64,000 nucleotides of DNA from Chrysomallon squamiferum (Eukaryota > Animalia > Mollusca). This document shows positions 55,898 through 64,000 of the stretch, one piece after another. The stretch covers positions 18,662,001-18,726,000 of the forward strand of contig CM022669.1 in NCBI GenBank assembly GCA_012295275.1, given 5' to 3'. Each line of letters opens with the position of its first letter. Position 1 is the first letter of the stretch. The notes beneath the pieces are model-generated. The model had not been told where the DNA came from. It worked only from the letters and a program-made list of their open reading frames with translations, and did not search any database. The position numbers were made by a program, and so were the translations under genes.

Positions 55898-56080
55898 TTA
55901 TCATCATCATCATTATTATTTATTTATTTATTTATTTATCTGTCTATCTATTTATTTATTTATTATATATTATATTTTATTTTTTTAAATTTATTTTTAC
56001 GAGAACCCGATTACGAAACAAAAACAAAGAAAATTATTAGTGATACGTCTGAAAATACAAACAATCAAGTAAGCGGTTCC

Positions 56081-56230
56081 CAGGAGATTTGAAAACAGTT
56101 TGTAAATTGTGAAGAAGCCAGTGCGAGGATGATAAACGCCGTGGAGGTGTTGCCAAACAGTAATTACAATTTGCAAGAAGGTGAGGAGACGCTGCAATTG
56201 AATTAGGTGTTGTAAATAATTCATAAACGC
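56081..56230 (+). repeat. Gap-free 150-bp diverged duplicate, copy 2 (partner 54241-54390)
   Basis: GGAGATTT..AAACAGTTT.TAAATTGTG.A.AAGCCAGT ... TAATTA ... TAAATAATTCA shared at identical spacing. Confidence 0.85.
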
Positions 56231-56389
56231 TTCAGAAACGGGCTAGATCAGCAGTAACATGTTTAACAAAAGCCACCACATGTGATTTTGCTGCAGGAAA
56301 TCTGCTGGAGAAATTCGCCTGCTTTGTGTGTCTTGCAGGGAACGTAGGAGAAAATTCTCTGTGGATATGAAAACGTATCTTTGATACTA

Positions 56390-56686
56390 ATACCACTACC
56401 ACTACCACTACAACTACGACAAATAACTCCAGCACTACTAACACCACTACCACTACCATAACTACTACAACTACGACAAATAACTCCAGCACTACTAACA
56501 CCACTACCACTACCATAACTACTACAACTACGACAAATAACTCCAGCACTACTACTGCTACTACTATTACTACTGCTACTACTACTACTACTACAACTAC
56601 TACTACTACTACTACAACTACTACCACAACTTCAGTCACCAAGATTAATATTACTGCGATCACTATTTCCATTATTACTACTACTA

Positions 56687-56721
<35 letters not shown>

Positions 56722-57230
56722 GCTACTACTACTACTGCTACTATTACTACTACTCTTATAACTACTATTACCACTAATACTACAGCCTCCTGCACTATTA
56801 CTACTGCTGCTGTCGCTATTACTTCTACTACACTTAACATTAATACTACCAATACTACTACAACTAACACATCTATTACTACCACCTCCATTACTATTAC
56901 TCCAATCACTATTACGACTCTACTACTACTACTGCTTCTACTACTACTGCAACTACTACTACAACGCACTCTACTATTACAACCGCTATAATTACTGCTA
57001 CCGGCATTACTAATACCACTACTACTATCAGTGTGTCTAATACTTTAGGCTATCACTACTTCAAATATTGAAGTACTACTACTACCTCTATTACTACTTG
57101 TACTATCTTTGTTAATATTACTAATTTTACTACTACTATGCTACCACTACCGACAATACTACTACCACTGCTACTTACCATCATTACGTCTAATGCAATC
57201 ATTATAGCCTATCACTACTTCAAATACTGA
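56390..57230. repeat. Degenerate (ACT)n low-complexity tract containing a 57-bp unit in ~3 tandem copies (56408-56553)
   Basis: The CGAC core of ACTACGACAAATAACTCCAGCACTACT falls at 56417, 56474 and 56531 (period 57). Confidence 0.88.
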
Positions 57231-58020
57231 ACCTGCGATACTTGTTATTGTTACACTATCAAAAACTGCTGATATCTGATTCACACGCAGTTCTACAGCT
57301 GCATAAGATAAACACTTATCAAAACGTGTGACAAACTGAACACAGAGAGATATAAGACAATAGTGTGTGTGTTTTTTTTTTTCTTGCTTTCTCTAAACGG
57401 TGGGCTGGAAAGTGTGTCAGGCGATGTGTTGCCAAAACGAAGTAAGACTGTCGATAAATAACTGATCGTTTTAAGAGTAAAATCGTGTTTCCGACTCGAG
57501 TCTTTTGTCTACGTGTTATTACCCATCGATCTCGCGTCTGTACAACCGTTCATTGTCTGTCCGTAACAAGTGACCAAATAGGAAGTATTAGCTCCTGTCA
57601 ATGGAGAGACTCTGGCGACGCTGAAAAGCTCTTTTCGTGCACAATTAGCACCGTCGTAAAGGTTTCACGTGGGAGGTTCCTCTCGTTCGCTTTTTTTTCG
57701 TTTTCGTTATTTTTGCTGGATGAATGCGTTTTGTGCGTGGTGGCGCAACACAGACACTGACTTCTGTTTAGTTTATCTTGTTTTCAGCTTGTTCTCTGTC
57801 TTGACAGTTTGAGTGCAGCGTTGTTGTAGCTGATGGTCGTGATGAAGGGAAGGAATAATAGTCCGTACGTCCATCATAAGCAGCGTGTACGCATATACAC
57901 ACATACAGACACACATACATAATCTTTCTATCTCGAACGCACGCAAGGTTATGTTTGTAATGTATTCTTTCTCTGTTTCTTTTTCATACGTGTGCCTTTG
58001 ACCCAAACATTCACACAGAT

Positions 58021-58114
<94 letters not shown>

Positions 58115-58459
58115 ATTCATCTCTCTCTTTCTTTCTCTCTCTTTGTTTGTTTATCTCTCTTTTTTCTCACATCAGTCTTAAAATATTTTTTTAATCACAA
58201 TCTTCAAATTTTCTTATTCTTCATTTGCCATTATTTCTAGTTCTTATAGTAAATCTGAATAATACACAATGCTAAGATAATTAAAACTTCATTCATATTT
58301 AATTATATTGATTTGTCGAAGATTTAAATTTGAGTTTTATAATTTTTTTGTTCATTTAAACATTATATACAAGCTAAGAATGGATTAAAACAATGATCTA
58401 ATGGATTTCGACATCTCATTCTTAATGTTTGTCAAAACAAAATCAAATCAAACTAGTAA

Positions 58460-58527
<68 letters not shown>

Positions 58528-59266
58528 TAAATTAAAGGTTAAATAACAATCAAATATATTGTATTATTTTTATCCTAATTTACAGTTTCTTTTATTATTC
58601 GGAGATAAATAAAATTATCCTTTAATTTGTGACATTATTATTATTATTGTTGTTGTTGTTGTTGTTGTTATTCTCGTTGTTGTTGTGTTATTGTTGTTTT
58701 TATGTATTTTTTCACTACTGCTTTTCAAACATTATTGTTCAAATTAATATAATATCAGATATTTTCTGTATCATGTTTTGTTTTTAAAACAATATTGTTG
58801 CTGTTGCTTTTTGTCCGAGGTTAGCTGAAAAAGAGTTTCCTTTAACACTTCATTAATTTTATAATAAGACTCTTTTCGTATCTCTGATATTTGTATTTTA
58901 TTTTATCATATTTTATTATATTATATTATATTTTATTTTATTTTATTTTATTTATTTTAATTTTTATATAATTTGATTTATTTATTTTGTGTTTATTATT
59001 ATTATTTTGGCGGGGTTAAATATAGTTTACTTATATGTTTAGCAATTAATTTATTTTTGTCTAATAAGGTGAGGTAACTGAATAAAACAAAGAGAAGACA
59101 GAAAGAAGAAGTACAGTAATAAAAAAAGAAAAAGAAAAGAATAAAAAAGAATGAAAAGAGTAACAAACTGAAGAAAAAAACGATTTAAGTGAAAATATTT
59201 TATAATGAGATAGAGAGACAGACAGATAAATTGACAGGTAGGTAGGTACGTTAGGCGGGGTGGGGG

Positions 59267-59330
<64 letters not shown>

Positions 59331-60608
59331 CAGAGAAACAGAGAGAGACAGAGAGAGATAAAGGGGGGTAAGCGAGCTATATATATCACCAGTTTCACTT
59401 CGTGCTGTATGAAATGTAAACATCACTCTGTAGGATGTAAGAAAGTGACACATCTCTCCACCTACTCATGCTGCACACTAACACACACTAACAGCCCGTT
59501 GTCGTTTCCACAGATTCTCAACATCTGACGTCCACGAATAAACCGAGATGGAACCATGGATATGTTAACACATGCCAATATTGTATTATTTTCCTAATGA
59601 GCTTCTTGATTATTTATTTATCTAATTAAATGCATTAGCGGACAAGCTGACGCGAAGGCGCAGTTCAAATGTGTTGGGCAATTGCTAGAAAAAATATTCA
59701 ATTTCTTTTGTAATTTCAAGTGTTATGCAATTACGCGTTCTCCATGGCAAATATGACGCATTACGGAGACGGCGAACACACTTTATCAACACAGAACCAA
59801 ATTGGGGATTTCCGTACGGTGACAGAAATCTTTAGCGTGGTGGTCATCGGGAGATAGGGAAAAACGAGGGGGGAAATTGATGCTGGATTTACAGCGGCGC
59901 TCTGTTAGTGGGGAAGAAAGACGAAACGTGATACGTTCACACGGAAAGGTCTTTCTCGACTTCGGCTACGCATGAGGCAGATGCCGCCTTTTGCGAGTCT
60001 TTTGTGTTTCTGCCACCGAGATGAATCTTCGAGAAGGCATTTGTCCCAAAGTGTTATTGATTTCGGGCATTTCCCAAAGGAATTCCCATTTGCTGGTAAA
60101 ATGAACATCAATTTTCGGTGGATGATCGTTCACGATGGCATTTTAGGAGTTATTGTCTCGTTTGCAACAACTTTTAAATCTTGTTTCGCCAGTTTAGTAA
60201 AATTTATGAGATTTTCCAGCTTTTTTCTCTTCTGGTACTTTTCCCTCTGTTTTTTTTTTTTTTTTTTTTTCCGCTTTTTTTAAAAACTTTTTTTATTTTT
60301 TTATTTTTTTTTTTAATAGTTTTTCGGATGTGCCTTTGTGTATGTGTCTGTGTATTTCTGTCTTTATGGAAAGTATCATGATTCCAATTTGTATTTTGTT
60401 GTTGTAAGCACACTTATTTCACTGTTGTTATCCACAATTACCGAAACATTTATCATAGAGTAACCATATCCATTATTAATAATAAAAGAACATGACAATG
60501 TTGCGTAGGGTTTCTGTATCGTTAGAATAATTACGACTAATATCAATATTAATGCTACTACTATTTTTCAACATTTGGTATCAGTACTATTACTACTATT
60601 ACTACTAT

Positions 60609-60655
<47 letters not shown>

Positions 60656-60719
60656 AAACTACAGTTACTACAACTATTACAACTACTACCAAAACCAAAC
60701 CACTATCACCATCACCACC

Positions 60720-60759
<40 letters not shown>

Positions 60760-61987
60760 TTTCTTCTCGTCATTCTGCTTGTCTTTCAGACACACACACA
60801 CGGACATACACTTACACACACGCAGTTTGAGAAGAAGGACGCGATACCGTCAAAGCGAAAAGCTAACGGGTTCTAATTCTACCGAGGATTCTCCGATTTC
60901 ATCGCCATTTTTCAAAATGGCAGATGATGTGTGGGGTTACCGGCGTTGATTAATCCGTACACGCCTGCGACCCGTTCTCGCCACTCTTCCTCCTCAGACT
61001 ATTTGCAAATATGTCACTTACTCCCCTCCCTGGTGCCCATCCACTTCGCTCGCGATATCTTGCCGAGCTCCCAAGGGTGCGTTTTTTCTTGTCACCTTTT
61101 TGATGCATTGGCCAGTTCGCGAGCGCCCTTCGCTGTGTAAATTGTTCAAATTTAATTATTTTGGTCTATTGTATTTATAACGAACACGTGTTTCAGCTGG
61201 AGAAAAGCAAACACGACGGGTTTATTAAATAATTTGAATTATTATTTTTTTTTTTTTTTGTGTGTGTGTGTGTGTGTGTTTGTGTTTGTTTGCGTGTATG
61301 TGTGAGTGTGTGTTCTGGGAATATAATTGTTTGTTTATGTTAGAAAATGTTGGTAATTTATTTATTTTTTATCATTTTTTTTTTTAAATGTGTAGGATTT
61401 TGTTGTTGTTGTTGTTGTTGTTGTTATTGTTGTAGTAATAAAATAATAATAATAACAACAATACTGTTGCTACTGCTACTACTACAACTACTACTACTAT
61501 TGTACAAGTAATATACTGCTGCTATTACTACTACTGTTATTATTGGTAATAATAATAAATTTATAATAATAATATATTATTAAAATACAAAGAATGAATG
61601 AATGATTAAATAAATAAATAAATAAACCACAATAATGTTAATAATAATTATAAAAACAGTAAAAAAAACACTGAACCACAAAGTAAAAAAAAAAAAAAAA
61701 AAAAAAAAACTTGAATAAACGTCAAATAAATAAATGATATGAAATGAGTGAATGAATATTTTCAAAATCTGCTTCGTCATAGCTCGGACGCGTTCGGGCG
61801 AGGTACAGTGGAAAGGTGTCGTTCAGTCAGGTCATGTTATTACATACCTCATCGTCTCTCTTTGTTTCTTTTTTATTTTGCTATGTAATGTTCTGTCAAA
61901 ATAGTGTATGTGTAACTGTTTGTGTCATTTTCTTTTGTATCTCATTGTTTGATAAATAATGCATATATGTGGTGTTAATGTTTGTGT

Positions 61988-62090
<103 letters not shown>

Positions 62091-62296
62091 AGATGGAAAA
62101 AAAAGAAGCTTACTTATAAAAACAAAAACAAAAATACATAGAAATCAAAGGAATGGTTTGCAATGAAAAAAAATAAAAAAGAGATATTTGATCTTCAAAC
62201 TGAAGATCTGAAATATTAAAATTAATTATTTTGAAAATTTCAGAAGTAAAATATTTAAACTTATGATGTAACTGAGTACATCATATTTAATTAAAG

Positions 62297-62331
<35 letters not shown>

Positions 62332-62398
62332 ATTAATTAATTAAATAAAATTAAAAAACAAAACAAAACATAACAAAACAAAATAAAATAATAAAAAA

Positions 62399-62479
<81 letters not shown>

Positions 62480-62532
62480 CAATCTACATTAAAACGTCTG
62501 ACATTTGCTGGCTTCATGCATTATCTTTCAGT

Positions 62533-62600
62533 ATACACACACATACACGTACACACATACACGTACACACATACACGTACACACATACACGTACACACAT
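62533..62600. repeat. 14-bp tandem repeat (TACACACATACACG) x ~4.5
   Basis: Direct inspection. Confidence 0.85.
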
Positions 62601-63661
62601 AAACACGCGTGTTTTATAATGATTTTAATCCTCGTAAACTGTTCATAAATTATTTATCACTGAAACCACAGAATCTTTAGAACACAATTTCTTAAACAAA
62701 TCTAATGACTTTGTACTTAAGATCTTAAGAATAAAAAATTTGCCACTGGTTTATACTCGTGAAATAAACTGTATTTAATTATATAGTTCATTCTTAGTAT
62801 ATTTTAATCAGCATAATAATTAGTATTTTTTTTAAATTAAATTTTGTTTTTTAAAATAATCAATTTTTAATAAACGCTTTCTCTCCTTTTGCAATTCCTA
62901 AGATAGCTGAAAGAAAATCATCTACCCATGAATTTAATGATAATTTTTCACTTGATATTCATAAATATTATTTTAATTAATTAATTAATTTGGTGTCTTC
63001 GACAACTTGTTGTTTGCGACACAGTTATTGTACGCTTTGTTCGTAAACAATTGTTGCAAATACAAGCGTCATTAATTGGAAATAATTCCAAAAAAAAAGG
63101 TGAGAAAATAATAATACAAAAATAATCAAAAGAGAAAAGTGAAAAAAAAAAAAAAAGAGAAAGGAAAAGAAAACAAAGCTGTAAAGAAGAAAGGTGACTG
63201 TAAGTTTAATAATAAAGAACTAAAACTAAAACTAATCCCTGCTATGTATTCCTTTTTTATGCCAATTTTAATCTTATAAATATTTAAAATATTTAAAATT
63301 CGGTTATTATTAACGTTTGTAAGAAAACGAGAAAGAAGAAGAAAAAAGTGAAGAAAAAAAAAACGAAAGAAAAAGAAACAAAGCTTTTAAGAAGAAGAAG
63401 AATTAGACATAGAATTAGGACGAAAGTAATTCGTTTGATTTTGCGAATCAGAAAAAAGTGATTTACTCAAAAGGCTCTTTTCAGTCGTTTTATGATTTAT
63501 TTTAAAGGTATAAACTGACAGTTAAGCTTTGTTCCACAGAATTAAATACAACGTTCACTGGTGTGAGAACAAATCGTGTTCAGAAGATTCAGTCATAAAT
63601 AAATTATTATAAATTTATCTTGACGCTTAATGATAATAATAATAACAACAACAACAACAAC

Positions 63662-63721
<60 letters not shown>

Positions 63722-64000
63722 AATAAATAAAAACACAGGGAATATAAAAAAAAAATGCTTTCCATTTAAGACTTTTGAGATTTCGCTTTCTATTTATGTG
63801 ACAGAAAAATCAAGGATTTAAAAATTAAATAAATTAATCAAAAGGATTAGTTCCGTAATTAATTAATTAATTAATTTAAAAATGGATTTCAGAAATATTA
63901 AATACCCATCTAAAAAAAATATATATAGGTAATGGTTATCGTCATCTATTATGTATCTGTCAAATGATCCGTTTATGAAAAAATATATTACAGATATAAT

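Noticed and set aside
56232-56969. 245-aa Val-rich minus ORF, or a Thr-rich mucin-like plus frame
   Set aside because: Degenerate (ACT)n tract. The Thr frame has an upstream stop, no ATG or convincing acceptor, and shifts frame near 56920.
63470-63490. Histone 3' stem-loop-like AAAGGCTCTTTTCAG
   Set aside because: The 3' arm reads TCG rather than AGCC, so the stem cannot form, and there is no histone ORF upstream.

Overview
AT-rich, microsatellite-laden animal genomic DNA; probably a lophotrochozoan such as a mollusc, though that is an inference. Almost all supplied six-frame ORFs are translations of simple repeats. Three real genes can be built by hand. (1) IQCB1/NPHP5 on the minus strand: 14 coding exons, 7181-14247, about 593 aa. 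(2) An MKRN2OS-family gene immediately upstream on the same strand: 4 coding exons, 15229-18074, about 216 aa. (3) A single-ORF FoxQ2 (fd102C-type) forkhead gene on the plus strand, 33811-34917, with a C-terminal eh1 motif. A probable last exon of another plus-strand gene lies at 2102-2234. FoxQ2 sits in an otherwise gene-free stretch of about 45 kb made of CpG-containing, motif-rich islands separated by microsatellites. Unexplained structure includes a ~0.65-kb inverted duplication placed almost symmetrically around FoxQ2, and a gap-free 150-bp diverged duplicate (54241/56081). There is also a TTAA-flanked piggyBac-type MITE carrying a CTCF-like double hairpin, a ~1.1-kb tandem triplication, a nuclear-receptor half-site cluster, and a recurrent GGGAGATAACT motif upstream of both minus-strand genes. 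All regulatory calls come from motifs alone and are unvalidated.
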